The notes under the pieces were generated by a model. It was not told where the DNA came from. It was given only the letters and a program-made list of their open reading frames with translations, and made no database searches. 64,000 bases of DNA from a virus, in the IMG/VR virus record IMGVR_UViG_3300017917_002441, positions 1 to 64,000 of that record. The stretch is one strand, 5' to 3'. A program made the position numbers and the translations under genes. Position 1 is the first letter of the stretch; every line of letters starts with the position of its first letter. Of the stretch, positions 1-10,269 are shown in pieces.

Positions 1-19
1 AATTGAAAAGGAATCAATT

Positions 20-3000
20 ATGGCCCTAACATCACCAGGCGTAGAAGTCACAGTTATTGACGAGAGTCAATATATCCCTTCTGCTGTCAACACAGTACCT
101 TATTTTGTGGTAGCTACCGCGCAGAACAAAGTTTCTGCTGACGGGGTAACTGTAGCCGCTGGTACAACAGCCGCTAACGCTAACAAAACTTATCTTATTA
201 CAAGTCAACGAGACTTGGTTGCCACATTTGGTGTACCGTTCTTCTACAGTACAACAACTGGCACTCCTATCAATGGTTACGAGCTTAACGAATATGGCTT
301 GTTGGCTGCTTACAGCGCACTTGGTGTAACAAACCGTGCTTATGTACAGCGTGTTGATGTTAACTTAACTGACCTAACAGCCAGCTTGAGTCGTCCTACC
401 GGTGACCCAGCCAATGGCACATACTGGTTAGACGTTAGCACCAGCGTGTGGGGTATCCAAGAGTGGAATCAAACAACTGCTACATTCACAGTAAAAACTC
501 CAACAGTTATTACTGACAGCGCCAACGTAACTGATTCATCAGTTGGTGATTACACCCCTCTAGCCAGCATTGGTAGCATTGGCGACTATGCAGTAGTGGC
601 AGTGGATCAAAACATTCGTGGTTACTATAAAAATTCAAGCAACATCTGGGTGTTTATTGGCAGTGACGCTTGGAAATCTAGCTGGCCAACTGTGACAGGT
701 GGCAATGCACCTAGCAGTTTGACCGTGGGATCAAACTTGTACTTTAACGATGTACTAGTGGCAGTTCCAGCAAGCCCAAATAACACTGTGGCAGGCCTAG
801 CAGCCGCTATCAACAGCGCCGCTATTCCTGGCGTCACGGCAGCCGCAGTTGGCGGACGTCTAGCTGTATATGCTAACAGCCAAGCCACCAACGATGCTTC
901 AACAGCTAATGGTGGTATTGTAGCAGTTGACGCTGGTCCTAACCAAGGTAGCTCTTTATTGACTTCTTTGGGCCTAGTAACTGGTGAATATCTTGCACCA
1001 TCGTACTATCCTGGCTTCAGCTATCAAGTTCCACGCTGGAGAGTAACTGATACATCACCAAGACCTACAGGTTCCGTATGGAATAACTTGAGCTCAGTTA
1101 ATAACGGTTTAAATGTTAAAGTCAAGAAGTACAGTTCAGCCCTTGGCGATTGGGTGTCTCAAACTACCAACGCCTATGTAGACGATGCTCAAGCTAATAA
1201 CCAACTTGACCCAGCTGGCGGCGGTAAAAACATTCCAACTGGTACAACATACATTGGGTATGATGCCGCAACATATTTGACTAACACACTTTCAAACTTT
1301 AGTTTTGAAATTTTTGAACGTGTGGCGTTTGGACAAACAGTAATCACTGGTACTACTACACCCTCAGTATTCCAAGTTGGCAGCTCTTTTGGAATTGGTG
1401 GTTCAGAAGCTGGCTCAGCAACATTCAATGAAGGTTTAGTAACCATTGGTGGAACTGGTTCTGTCAGCGACTTTATTGCCGCAGTTAGCGCAGCCAACAT
1501 TCCTTATGTCAGTGCAAGCGTAAACAGTGCTGGCAATATTGTGTTTACACATAGCCAAGGCGGTACAATTCTATTACAAAACAACGTTGGCACTCCAGTA
1601 ACAACAGCTGGTTTTACTTCCGCAACTCCAAATGTCAGAGTTTTAAACACTGATACATCAGTATTGGTATTGAGCAACTGGGTAACAGCACCTGAGTTTG
1701 AATACACATCTAACGACGTGGCACCGGATCAGAACCCAGCTAACGGTCGTACTTGGTACTACAGCAGTGTCAGCGAGGTTGACATTATGATTCAGGACAA
1801 CGGTGTCTGGAAAGGTTATCAAAACGTTACTAACGATGTTCGTGGTTTCGATTTGAGTAACACAAACCCCAATGGTCCTATTGTAAGCGCAAGTGAACCA
1901 ACTACACAAAACGATGCCGCACAGACACCTCTACAATACGGTGACTTGTGGATTGACACTGGTGACTTAGAGAACTATCCTGTGATTTATCGTTGGGAAC
2001 CGGTTGACGGTGTTGACCAGTGGGTACTGATTAATACATCAGATCAGGTAACGGAAAATGGTGTATTGTTTGCAGATGCTCGGTGGAGTTCAAGCGGCGC
2101 CACTGACCCTGTAGCAGATCCGTTCCCAAGTATCATTAGCTTGCTAACAAGCGATCACTTGGACCTTGATGCTCCAAGCCCAGCACTATATCCTGAAGGT
2201 ATGTTGTTGTTTAACACACGCCGCAGTGGTTACAACGTGAAGGAATTTAGAAATAACTACTTTACATCACAAACATACCCCGATGCTGGTGCATACAACC
2301 CTGCACAACCAAGCAACAACAACAACCTACCGTTGTTCAACTATACTTGGGTCAGCGCAAGCGGTAACAAAGACAGCGGTGCGATGTGGAGCGGTCGTCA
2401 AGCACAACGTCAGATGATTGTGGCAGCAATGAAGTCTGGTATTGACACCAGTGCAGCCGCACGTGAAGAGCAAAATGGTTACAACATTATTGCTACACCT
2501 GGCTACCCTGAGTTGATTCCTAACATGATCGCACTCAGCAATGAACGTGCTAACACATTGTTCTGCGTTGGTGATACCCCAATGCGCTTGGCTGCCGACG
2601 GTAACAGCTTGGTTGAGTGGGCTACAAACAACAACGGTTTGGGCTTGCCAACAGAAGACGGTCTAGTTGCAACCAGCAACTACTTGGCTACATTCTATCC
2701 AAGTTGCCAAACTACAGACCTAGGTGGTACAACAGTTGTTGCTCCTCCAAGTCACATGATGGTTCGTACAATCTTGCGTAGTGATGCAGTTAGCTATCCA
2801 TGGTTGGCACCAGCAGGCACACGTCGTGGTGTTGTTGACAACGCCAACGCAATTGGTTATATTGATGCGGCTACTGGCGAATTCCAACAAATCAGCGTTG
2901 GACAAGCCGTGCGTGACATCCTGTATGAGCGCAACATTAACCCAATTACATTCATCCCAGGTGTTGGTATTACTAACTTTGGTAACAAGACCAGTACTAC

Positions 3001-3340
3001 AACAACAACTGCGCTGGACCGAATCAACGTTGCACGTTTGATCTGCTTCTTGCGTGGACGCTTGGAAGAAATTGGTAAGTTGTTCTTGTTTGAACCTAAC
3101 GATGAGATCACTCGTAACGAAATCACCAACACTGTTAACAGTTTGATGATTGACTTAATTGCCAAACGTGCTATCTATGACTACCTAGTTGTTTGCGACT
3201 TGAGCAACAACACACCAGCTAGAATTGATAGAAACGAGTTGTGGGTGGACATTGCCATCGAGCCTGTGAAGGCAGTAGAGTTTATCTACATTCCTTTGCG
3301 TATCAAGAATACTGGCGAAATTTCTGGTGCGGCAGGTTAA
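20..3340 (+). CDS. Contractile tail sheath protein (gp18-like), 1106 aa
   Basis: N-terminal SPGVEVTVIDES; C-terminal sheath motifs WLAPAG.RRG, LYERNINPI, DRINVARL, FEPND and IAIEPVKAVEFIYI. Confidence 0.95.
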   Translation: MALTSPGVEVTVIDESQYIPSAVNTVPYFVVATAQNKVSADGVTVAAGTTAANANKTYLITSQRDLVATFGVPFFYSTTTGTPINGYELNEYGLLAAYSALGVTNRAYVQRVDVNLTDLTASLSRPTGDPANGTYWLDVSTSVWGIQEWNQTTATFTVKTPTVITDSANVTDSSVGDYTPLASIGSIGDYAVVAVDQNIRGYYKNSSNIWVFIGSDAWKSSWPTVTGGNAPSSLTVGSNLYFNDVLVAVPASPNNTVAGLAAAINSAAIPGVTAAAVGGRLAVYANSQATNDASTANGGIVAVDAGPNQGSSLLTSLGLVTGEYLAPSYYPGFSYQVPRWRVTDTSPRPTGSVWNNLSSVNNGLNVKVKKYSSALGDWVSQTTNAYVDDAQANNQLDPAGGGKNIPTGTTYIGYDAATYLTNTLSNFSFEIFERVAFGQTVITGTTTPSVFQVGSSFGIGGSEAGSATFNEGLVTIGGTGSVSDFIAAVSAANIPYVSASVNSAGNIVFTHSQGGTILLQNNVGTPVTTAGFTSATPNVRVLNTDTSVLVLSNWVTAPEFEYTSNDVAPDQNPANGRTWYYSSVSEVDIMIQDNGVWKGYQNVTNDVRGFDLSNTNPNGPIVSASEPTTQNDAAQTPLQYGDLWIDTGDLENYPVIYRWEPVDGVDQWVLINTSDQVTENGVLFADARWSSSGATDPVADPFPSIISLLTSDHLDLDAPSPALYPEGMLLFNTRRSGYNVKEFRNNYFTSQTYPDAGAYNPAQPSNNNNLPLFNYTWVSASGNKDSGAMWSGRQAQRQMIVAAMKSGIDTSAAAREEQNGYNIIATPGYPELIPNMIALSNERANTLFCVGDTPMRLAADGNSLVEWATNNNGLGLPTEDGLVATSNYLATFYPSCQTTDLGGTTVVAPPSHMMVRTILRSDAVSYPWLAPAGTRRGVVDNANAIGYIDAATGEFQQISVGQAVRDILYERNINPITFIPGVGITNFGNKTSTTTTTALDRINVARLICFLRGRLEEIGKLFLFEPNDEITRNEITNTVNSLMIDLIAKRAIYDYLVVCDLSNNTPARIDRNELWVDIAIEPVKAVEFIYIPLRIKNTGEISGAAG

Positions 3341-3350
3341 TATGACAAAT

Positions 3351-3370
3351 GGGCTGGTTTTAACCAGCCC
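3351..3370. terminator. Inverted repeat GGGCTGGTT-TT-AACCAGCCC after the sheath gene
   Basis: Perfect 9-bp stem with no U-tract; possible terminator or RNA-stabilising hairpin. Confidence 0.5.
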
Positions 3371-3380
3371 TGAGTCCAGG

Positions 3381-3386
3381 TAAATA
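3381..3386 (+). promoter_or_regulatory. Late promoter motif TAAATA
   Basis: Core of the T4 late box TATAAATA; upstream of the AGGAG RBS of the tube gene; recurs before many structural genes. Confidence 0.7.
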
Positions 3387-3405
3387 AACATATAGGAGAT
3401 AACAA

Positions 3406-4038
3406 ATGGCAGTTTCATCACTACAGAGAATGACAGTACCGCTAGCTAGCGATCAAAGCGCAAGCACACAAGGTCTGTTGATGCCTAAACTCAAATATCG
3501 CTTTAGAGTGATGTTTGAAAATTTTGGCGTATCAAAGCCAACAACTGAATTGACTAAGCAAGTAATCAGCTTCACACGCCCTAATTTGAGCTTTGAAGAA
3601 ATCACACTACCAATTTACAACTCAACATTGAAGTTGGCAGGTAAGCACACATGGGCTGATGCTACATGTGAAATCCGTGACGATGCAAGTGGCGCAATCA
3701 GTAAACTTATTGGCGAACAACTACAGAAGCAAATGGACTTTTTGGAAATGGCTTCTGCAAGTTCAGGTATCGATTACAAGTTCTTAACAAGAGTCGAAGT
3801 ACTAGACGGTGGTAATGGCGCAAGCGAGCCAATCGTTCTAGAAACTTGGGAACTATACGGTTGCTATCTAAAGTCAGCAGACTATGGCGCATTGAACTAC
3901 GGTGAAAGCGCACCAGTCACAGTTAATTTGACAATTGCTTACGACAACGCTAACCAGACCCCTGAAGGTACTGGTGTTGGCACACCAATTGGACGTACCC
4001 TAGGCGACGTGGTAACCGGTGCTGGCCAAGGCCAGTAA
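3406..4038 (+). CDS. Tail tube protein (gp19-like)
   Basis: Follows sheath; YRFRV, LAGKHTW and WELYGCY..DYG.LNY motifs. Confidence 0.85.
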   Translation: MAVSSLQRMTVPLASDQSASTQGLLMPKLKYRFRVMFENFGVSKPTTELTKQVISFTRPNLSFEEITLPIYNSTLKLAGKHTWADATCEIRDDASGAISKLIGEQLQKQMDFLEMASASSGIDYKFLTRVEVLDGGNGASEPIVLETWELYGCYLKSADYGALNYGESAPVTVNLTIAYDNANQTPEGTGVGTPIGRTLGDVVTGAGQGQ

Positions 4039-4048
4039 GGAGTAATCC

Positions 4049-5200
4049 ATGGCCAATGGCGGCGGTCCATTTGGTATTGGCAATCAAGTCTTCAAAGGCT
4101 TTATTGGAAATGACGTCTTGCGTGATTACACTCACGCAAGTCGTACATTCACGACCAACAGTTACGAACTTAAACCACGCTTTAAGTTTTTATTCCATGT
4201 TAGCTTTACTATCAACGTTCAGCAAATTCCTTATCTCCGTGGCGTTTTTAGTAACGATGATATTCAAGAACTCAGCTTGTTGGTTAAAACAGTTGACTTA
4301 CCCAAGTACAACATTGCAACACAGACGCTGAACCAGTATAATCGTAAACGTGTAGTACAAACCAAAGTTGATTACCAGCCAGTTTCGTTGACATTCCATG
4401 ACGACGGTGGCGATAACAGTCGCAAGCTTTGGTACTATTATTTCAGTTACTACTTTAAAGACCCTGCTCAACGATATTTGTCGCCAAATAACACCAACGG
4501 AAGTTTGGGTGCTAGTTTAAACAGCCCAGCTGGCTTTGGTTACAACAGCAGAGACATTTACAACGATATTCTTCAAGTCAAAGACTGGGGTTACTCAGGG
4601 GAGACTTGGAACGACGGAACCAGTGCCACAGGTGGTAAGCCACCTTTCTTTAGAGACATACGTATATACGGCATGGATCAGCGCAAGTTTGCTGAGTATG
4701 TGCTAGTAAACCCAATTATATCAAACTGGAGTCATGATCAATATGACTACAGCCAAGGATCTGGTGTTATGCAACACAGCATGACCATTAACTATGAAAC
4801 TGTAAAATACTACGAAGGCGCAGTGGGTGGATCTCGTCCAGACACCAACGTACAAGGATTTGCAGACCCCAGCCACTACGACACACGTGTTAGCCCCATT
4901 GGTCGCCCCGGTGGCAATCAAACAGTGTTTGGGCAAGGTGGATTGCTGGACGCTGGTATTGGTATATTGAGCGACTTACAAAGTGGCACAGTGGGTGGCT
5001 TAATTGGTGCCGCACAAACAGCCGCACGTTCGTACAACACATTCAAGGGTGCAGACCTAAAGAGCATTACCAAGAGTGAAGCTATTGCCCTGGGCAAGAA
5101 TACTATCATACAGGCTATTCCTGGCGCAGTGCGACCAGTATTAAACAAGCCAACTGGTATATTCATCCCAACACCCACAAACCCTAACAACAATCCTTGA
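4049..5200 (+). CDS. Tube-fold baseplate protein (gp54/gp48-like)
   Basis: VKTVDLP..YNRKR..YQPVSLTFHDD tube-like fold; position after the tube gene. Confidence 0.6.
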   Translation: MANGGGPFGIGNQVFKGFIGNDVLRDYTHASRTFTTNSYELKPRFKFLFHVSFTINVQQIPYLRGVFSNDDIQELSLLVKTVDLPKYNIATQTLNQYNRKRVVQTKVDYQPVSLTFHDDGGDNSRKLWYYYFSYYFKDPAQRYLSPNNTNGSLGASLNSPAGFGYNSRDIYNDILQVKDWGYSGETWNDGTSATGGKPPFFRDIRIYGMDQRKFAEYVLVNPIISNWSHDQYDYSQGSGVMQHSMTINYETVKYYEGAVGGSRPDTNVQGFADPSHYDTRVSPIGRPGGNQTVFGQGGLLDAGIGILSDLQSGTVGGLIGAAQTAARSYNTFKGADLKSITKSEAIALGKNTIIQAIPGAVRPVLNKPTGIFIPTPTNPNNNP

Positions 5201-5201
5201 T

Positions 5202-5561
5202 ATGTCAACAGTAAATTATGCTAACACCAACATAGATCAAACCGTAAGAATTTTTGATAGTTTTTATCGGTATGATGTACAAGTGCCCGCGGCTGAATAC
5301 GATGTAGTGTTTAGCTACTTCAAGTCGAACATGAAGAACGCACGTGCCGCTGGTAATTTTACAGTGAGTTTGTTTCAAGTAGCACAAGAAACCAATGTAC
5401 CTCCGTTGACATTGCTCAAGCAATTTGAAGGTACTAGTGGGGTAAACCTCAATGCTACATTGGCATACTACCTCAATCAAATACGCAGCCGCGCCACATT
5501 GTTGGGTGTAGGTGCACCAGTGGTGCCCAATGCGTATGCAGCCAGAAACGTATTACAGTAA
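5202..5561 (+). CDS. Hypothetical protein
   Basis: ORF abutting both neighbours in the late operon. Confidence 0.7.
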   Translation: MSTVNYANTNIDQTVRIFDSFYRYDVQVPAAEYDVVFSYFKSNMKNARAAGNFTVSLFQVAQETNVPPLTLLKQFEGTSGVNLNATLAYYLNQIRSRATLLGVGAPVVPNAYAARNVLQ

Positions 5562-5564
5562 ACT

Positions 5565-5996
5565 ATGGCTAAGTGGGCTCAAGGTCAATACATAGTTCAA
5601 AATCGTGAAAAGTATGTTGGCAAAGGTACGCCAAGATATCGTTCAGGTTGGGAACACAGCTTTATGCGTTTTTGCGACAGCAATGACCATATACTACAGT
5701 GGGCATCAGAAAGCATTGCTATTCCCTACCGCAATCCCATAACAGGCAAAATGACTAACTATGTGCCAGACTTCTTGATCACATATCGCACTAGAAACAA
5801 TACAGTCAAAGCCGAACTCATTGAAATCAAGCCTAAAAAACAAAGCGTGGTAGAAGACCGAATGAGCTCTAGAGACCGTGCAGTTGTAGCAGTAAACTAC
5901 GCTAAGTGGGATGCCGCAACCAAGTGGGCACGCCGTAATGGCATGACATTTAGGGTTATAACCGAAACAGACATGTTTCACATGGGTGGCAAGTAG
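5565..5996 (+). CDS. Head completion nuclease (gp4-like, TnsA-type PD-(D/E)XK)
   Basis: YRSGWE..FM..CD, WASE..IPY, YVPDF, IEIKP and KWDAA..W..F.VITE motifs. Confidence 0.9.
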   Translation: MAKWAQGQYIVQNREKYVGKGTPRYRSGWEHSFMRFCDSNDHILQWASESIAIPYRNPITGKMTNYVPDFLITYRTRNNTVKAELIEIKPKKQSVVEDRMSSRDRAVVAVNYAKWDAATKWARRNGMTFRVITETDMFHMGGK

Positions 5997-6011
5997 TACG
6001 GTAAATACCGT

Positions 6012-6509
6012 ATGACTCGCAAACTTGAAGAACTTTTTGATCTACCGCCAACTTCCAAAGAAGTTGAAACCGCGGTTCCTGATTTAGAGGAAAACCGCAA
6101 CACCATAGTGGCTCTTGACGAAGCCATAGACAAAATAGACACAGCTCTCCCAGCAGTCAAAGGCTTAGACGCTACTGACAGTGAAATGGACGAGCTTGCC
6201 GATCTAGCTAAACAAAGCTACAACGAGTTAATGGATCTAGGTATGCAAGTAGATTCACGTTTTGCCTCGGAAATTTTTGGGGTAGCCAGCAACATGCTAG
6301 GGCATGCAATTACTGCCAAAACAGCCAAGCTAGACAAAAAGCTCAAGATGATTGATTTGCAATTGAAAAAGATGCGACTAGATCAGCAACAAGCTGATAA
6401 GGATGCTGATGCAGGCGCAGTGCAACAAGGCACAGGGGTAGTACTCAGCCGCAATGATTTGCTGGAGCAAATTCTCAAGCGCAACGATCAAAACAGTAAA
6501 AAAGAATAA
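6012..6509 (+). CDS. terS: Probable terminase small subunit (gp16-like)
   Basis: Helical 165-aa protein with C-terminal VVLSRNDLL like the gp16 tail; TAAATA upstream. Confidence 0.55.
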   Translation: MTRKLEELFDLPPTSKEVETAVPDLEENRNTIVALDEAIDKIDTALPAVKGLDATDSEMDELADLAKQSYNELMDLGMQVDSRFASEIFGVASNMLGHAITAKTAKLDKKLKMIDLQLKKMRLDQQQADKDADAGAVQQGTGVVLSRNDLLEQILKRNDQNSKKE

Positions 6510-6529
6510 ATATAGGACAGGAACCTGAC

Positions 6530-7138
6530 ATGAAACCATTTGCACAATACCTCGCTGAAAGCGAACGTACCTATGATTATCGGATCAAAATCTGCGGTAA
6601 ACCACCAGCAGACACTGTTCGATTATTGAAACAACGTCTTGATCAATTTGATCCTGTACGCATGGGAGATGAAAAGTCTACCCCGGTACAACCAATCCCC
6701 ACTGACTTCCCTAACTTCAAAAATGAATCAGTTACCATGCTTGATGTAAGCTTTCGCTATCCAGCGATTGAGCCACAAATCAAGCAACTGTTTCAGTTGT
6801 TAGGTGGCGACCCTAATCGTTTAGTAATGACCACTCGTGATTACAATGACAGCATGGCCGCTGAGTACAAGAAGATTGAAGATGAAAACCAGGATCTTGT
6901 TGCTGACACTGACTATCCTGCACCTGATGCAGAACAAAAAGGTCTCAAGAAAGACTACAGTGTAGAGGCTCATGATCACGTTGTGCTAAAAAATCAATAT
7001 CGTTCCGACTTCACAGTGGCAGGTGGCAAGACCCGTCCAGCAGTGACAACAAATGATTTCAAAACTGGTAACACCAGTCCGATGACAAAAATTAACCGTC
7101 CGGCAAAGCCAGCGACTGGTGCCAAACCAAGAGGATAA
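6530..7138 (+). CDS. Putative head/internal protein with capsid-targeting-like N-terminus
   Basis: Starts MKPFAQYLAE-S (T4 CTS is MKTYQEFIAE); TAAATA at 6507. Confidence 0.55.
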   Translation: MKPFAQYLAESERTYDYRIKICGKPPADTVRLLKQRLDQFDPVRMGDEKSTPVQPIPTDFPNFKNESVTMLDVSFRYPAIEPQIKQLFQLLGGDPNRLVMTTRDYNDSMAAEYKKIEDENQDLVADTDYPAPDAEQKGLKKDYSVEAHDHVVLKNQYRSDFTVAGGKTRPAVTTNDFKTGNTSPMTKINRPAKPATGAKPRG

Positions 7139-7142
7139 AGCA

Positions 7143-9155
7143 ATGACATTTTTCTATGACTTAAACAAAAAATTAGCCACACTGGCTGAGAAACAAGAAT
7201 CACAACAGTTATCAGAAAGTGCTGTTGCTGAACGTGCCACTGGCGATTACAGTGCTAAAGATGCACGTGCTGGCAAAGACATTGGCAAGCCAGGCAAAGG
7301 ATTTGCCAAAATTGCTAAGTCAGCTGGCGAGAAGTATGGCAGCAAAGAGCGTGGTGAGAAAGTTGCTGGTGCTGTGTTGGCCAAACTACGTGGCAAAAAC
7401 GAAGGCATTGAACAAGAAGGCAATGCATTCTCTGGCGCAGTGGCCAAGGCCAAAGCTGATGGTGTTCAACCTGGCGAGAAAATCAAAGTTGGTGGTAAGG
7501 AATATCCTGTGAGAGAAGGTGAAGTACCAGCAGAGTTTCGAGGAGCCAAGAAGTCAGATGTGCCAGCGTATCAACGCAAGGCCAAAGGCGGTGATTGGAA
7601 AGTTGGACAAAAAGATTTAGACAAAGAACGTGAACGCAACATCAGTGACCGCAAAGGCCTTGCACGTTTACGTGGTGCCGACCCTGCTGAAGTTGACGAA
7701 GGCTGGGACGACATGTTGAAGATGGTCAAAGACCGCGGCGACATGAAAGTTGGCGATACTAAAAAAGGTGCCAAAGGCACTATCACAAAAACAGCAACTG
7801 GTGTACGTCACACACGTAGCTATGACGAAAAGACCGGTGAAACTGACACAGGTGATGATGCACCAGCAGCCGGAGAAAAGCGCGGTCGTGGACGTCCCAA
7901 GAAATACACAGCAGACAATCCTCGTCAAGAGCGTACCACAGCTAAGTCACGCAAAGCTGACCGCACTGCGTACAGCAAGAAAAAAGTAAATGAATACGGT
8001 GACTTTGGTCCCATGGAAGACCAAGACGAAATGGTTGATCGTGGCGAATATGATCGCGAAGGCGACATGGCCAAAGAACAATTGCACACTATTGAAGCAG
8101 CCGCTGAAGAGCTACATGCAATTCTCAGCGACGAAGAGAATTTGCCTGAGTGGGTGCAAAGCAAAATTACCAAGGCCATGGACTACATTGACACTGCACG
8201 TGACTACATGAAGTCTAGCAAGGCCGATGATGCTGAACCTGTTGCTGAAAAGGCTCCTCCAGGCGCTAAAGCAGAACGCATGGTCAAGCACATCAAGAAG
8301 GGCTATGCCAAAGACGGCAAGCTAACTGACAAAGAAAAATCAATTGCTTATGCCACAGCTTGGAAAAGCAAAAACAAAAGCAAAAAGAAAGAAAAAGAAG
8401 TTGAAGAAAATACAGTGGCCGGCAATGTGGCACCAGCAGACGAAGCACCAAAGAGCAAAGGCAGTGGTGGATTTACATTTGGCAAAGGCATTTACGACTC
8501 TCTAAATCGTGAACTAGAAACTATGATTTCTGAAAGCATGAACATCAGCATGAACATGAGCAACAACCCTGATGGTGGCCCAGCTCATAGCTTGACTGTT
8601 ACTGCCACAGACGAAGACGCACTCAAATTGGCAACCATGTTGAAAATGGCTGGCCTTGGTGGTGGCGAGCAAGAAGGTCCTGCTACATGCGAAACCTGTA
8701 ACGAAGCACCATGTCATTGCGCCGAAATGGTTGACGAAAATCAACCTGAGTGGCCCACTGATCAAGTTGAAGCAGAAGACAATTTTGAATACAGCGGTGG
8801 CCTGAACGGCCCCAAGTCAACAGGTCAGACCACGGGTGCTCCGTTTAACCGTCAGCCACAACGCCAAGGTGCTATGGCTGAACAAGATGAGTTAGCTGGC
8901 ATGCTTGGCTTTGATGGTCAGCCTAGTTTTAACAGTAAAGAAATAAACGAACAAGAGCAGGATGAGTTAAGTCGCATGAAAGAAATGGCTGGCATTCGTG
9001 AATCTGCCAAGCCAGACTATGTTGATCTTGACAAAGATGGCAACAAAAAAGAGTCAATGAAAAAGGCTGCTGACGACAAAGCCAAGGGCGAAAAGAAAGT
9101 TGAAGAAAGTATTCTATCTTTGACAAATCTTTGGAAAGAATACAAAGGTCAGTAA
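7143..9155 (+). CDS. Modular charged virion-core-like polyprotein
   Basis: GAGGA RBS before ATG 7143; many hydrophobic-X-E sites; AT-hook KRGRGRPKK; EF-hand-like DLDKDGNKKE. Confidence 0.6.
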   Translation: MTFFYDLNKKLATLAEKQESQQLSESAVAERATGDYSAKDARAGKDIGKPGKGFAKIAKSAGEKYGSKERGEKVAGAVLAKLRGKNEGIEQEGNAFSGAVAKAKADGVQPGEKIKVGGKEYPVREGEVPAEFRGAKKSDVPAYQRKAKGGDWKVGQKDLDKERERNISDRKGLARLRGADPAEVDEGWDDMLKMVKDRGDMKVGDTKKGAKGTITKTATGVRHTRSYDEKTGETDTGDDAPAAGEKRGRGRPKKYTADNPRQERTTAKSRKADRTAYSKKKVNEYGDFGPMEDQDEMVDRGEYDREGDMAKEQLHTIEAAAEELHAILSDEENLPEWVQSKITKAMDYIDTARDYMKSSKADDAEPVAEKAPPGAKAERMVKHIKKGYAKDGKLTDKEKSIAYATAWKSKNKSKKKEKEVEENTVAGNVAPADEAPKSKGSGGFTFGKGIYDSLNRELETMISESMNISMNMSNNPDGGPAHSLTVTATDEDALKLATMLKMAGLGGGEQEGPATCETCNEAPCHCAEMVDENQPEWPTDQVEAEDNFEYSGGLNGPKSTGQTTGAPFNRQPQRQGAMAEQDELAGMLGFDGQPSFNSKEINEQEQDELSRMKEMAGIRESAKPDYVDLDKDGNKKESMKKAADDKAKGEKKVEESILSLTNLWKEYKGQ

Positions 9156-9156
9156 T

Positions 9157-9774
9157 ATGAAAAGCTTTCTTGATTATCTAGCCGAAGCAAACTATGCCGC
9201 ACAAGTTCCGGTAGTGGGCGACGACTTTGCTATCAACATTCGTGAAGAATGTTTGTTAGAAACGTATGTTTGCGAAGAAGCCATTGACGGTGTTGTGTTG
9301 TTTGCTGACGACCGCATGATGGAGATTCTTGAGAGCTATGCTTTATTAGAAACTGCACCTCACGAAACTGTGATTCTTGAAGGCATGACCAAACAGGCCA
9401 TGCACGACGATGCTGACCGCATGAGTCTTGAGCAGTTTGTTGACAAGTACGGTGACGAGGAATGGGTTCATGAGTTTTGGCACAACATCAATGATGACAT
9501 TGACGAAGCCAAGTATCAAGGACGCGAAGTTCCGCTGGGTAAGCCCATGAAGGGCGATGTTAAAAAATCCAAAGTATATGTACGTGGTCCCAAGGGCAAT
9601 GTAGTTAAGGTAAACTTTGGTCACGGTGGCACCAGTGCTAAACGTGCTGGTCAACAGACCATGAAGATCAAGAAGTCAAACCCAGCAAGACGTAAAAGTT
9701 TTAGAGCAAGACACAACTGTGATAATCCGGGCCCAAGACACAAGGCTCGCTATTGGAGCTGCCGTGCTTGGTAA
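9157..9774 (+). CDS. Putative internal protein with CTS-like leader and basic C-terminal domain
   Basis: Starts MKSFLDYLAE-A; C-terminal RRKSFRARHNC..ARYWSC domain follows IDE-A. Confidence 0.6.
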   Translation: MKSFLDYLAEANYAAQVPVVGDDFAINIREECLLETYVCEEAIDGVVLFADDRMMEILESYALLETAPHETVILEGMTKQAMHDDADRMSLEQFVDKYGDEEWVHEFWHNINDDIDEAKYQGREVPLGKPMKGDVKKSKVYVRGPKGNVVKVNFGHGGTSAKRAGQQTMKIKKSNPARRKSFRARHNCDNPGPRHKARYWSCRAW

Positions 9775-9785
9775 AGGAGATATAA

Positions 9786-9962
9786 ATGACAACACCATAT
9801 AAACCGTTTAACGAAAATTTAACAACACCTACACAGCAAAATCCACATAGTCCTGCGACCAGCGGATACAAGCAACAGCCTGTGGACATTCCTGGTGTTA
9901 TCAGTCAGACCAACAATTTGTACAAGCCATATGTGGCACCAGACAATAAGGATACCAAGTAA
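9786..9962 (+). CDS. Small 58-aa protein (MTTPYKPFNE...), absent from the ORF track
   Basis: AAGGAG RBS; stop overlaps the next start (TAATG). Confidence 0.65.
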   Translation: MTTPYKPFNENLTTPTQQNPHSPATSGYKQQPVDIPGVISQTNNLYKPYVAPDNKDTK

Positions 9963-10264
9963 TGGCCAGTCAAGCAAATGTTTATACCACCGTCAATGCC
10001 CAAGTATGGTACACTGACAAAGCTTTGATTTCTACCGGCACAAACAGTGTAACCTATCAAGTCAATTTGGCGCCTAGTTTTAGTGACACAATTTACAGCA
10101 ATGCTGTGGTAATACCAGCCAACAGTTCTGAATATGTGTACATAGGTGTAGGTAACAAATTAACTATCACAGGCGGCAATTGCACAATTAGCGAAGCCGG
10201 CACGGCAAGTTCCGGTACAGCTGGTGTTTCAGGACAAGGTAGCTATCCCGGCCAAGTGAGCTAA
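9962..10264 (+). CDS. Small beta-rich hypothetical protein, probably structural
   Basis: Coupled ORF rich in S/T/G/N. Confidence 0.6.
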   Translation: MASQANVYTTVNAQVWYTDKALISTGTNSVTYQVNLAPSFSDTIYSNAVVIPANSSEYVYIGVGNKLTITGGNCTISEAGTASSGTAGVSGQGSYPGQVS

Positions 10265-10269
10265 TTGCC

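Noticed and set aside
5565-5996. TnsA transposase or Tn7 element
   Set aside because: Motifs and context match gp4 head completion nuclease; no TnsB/C or transposon ends.
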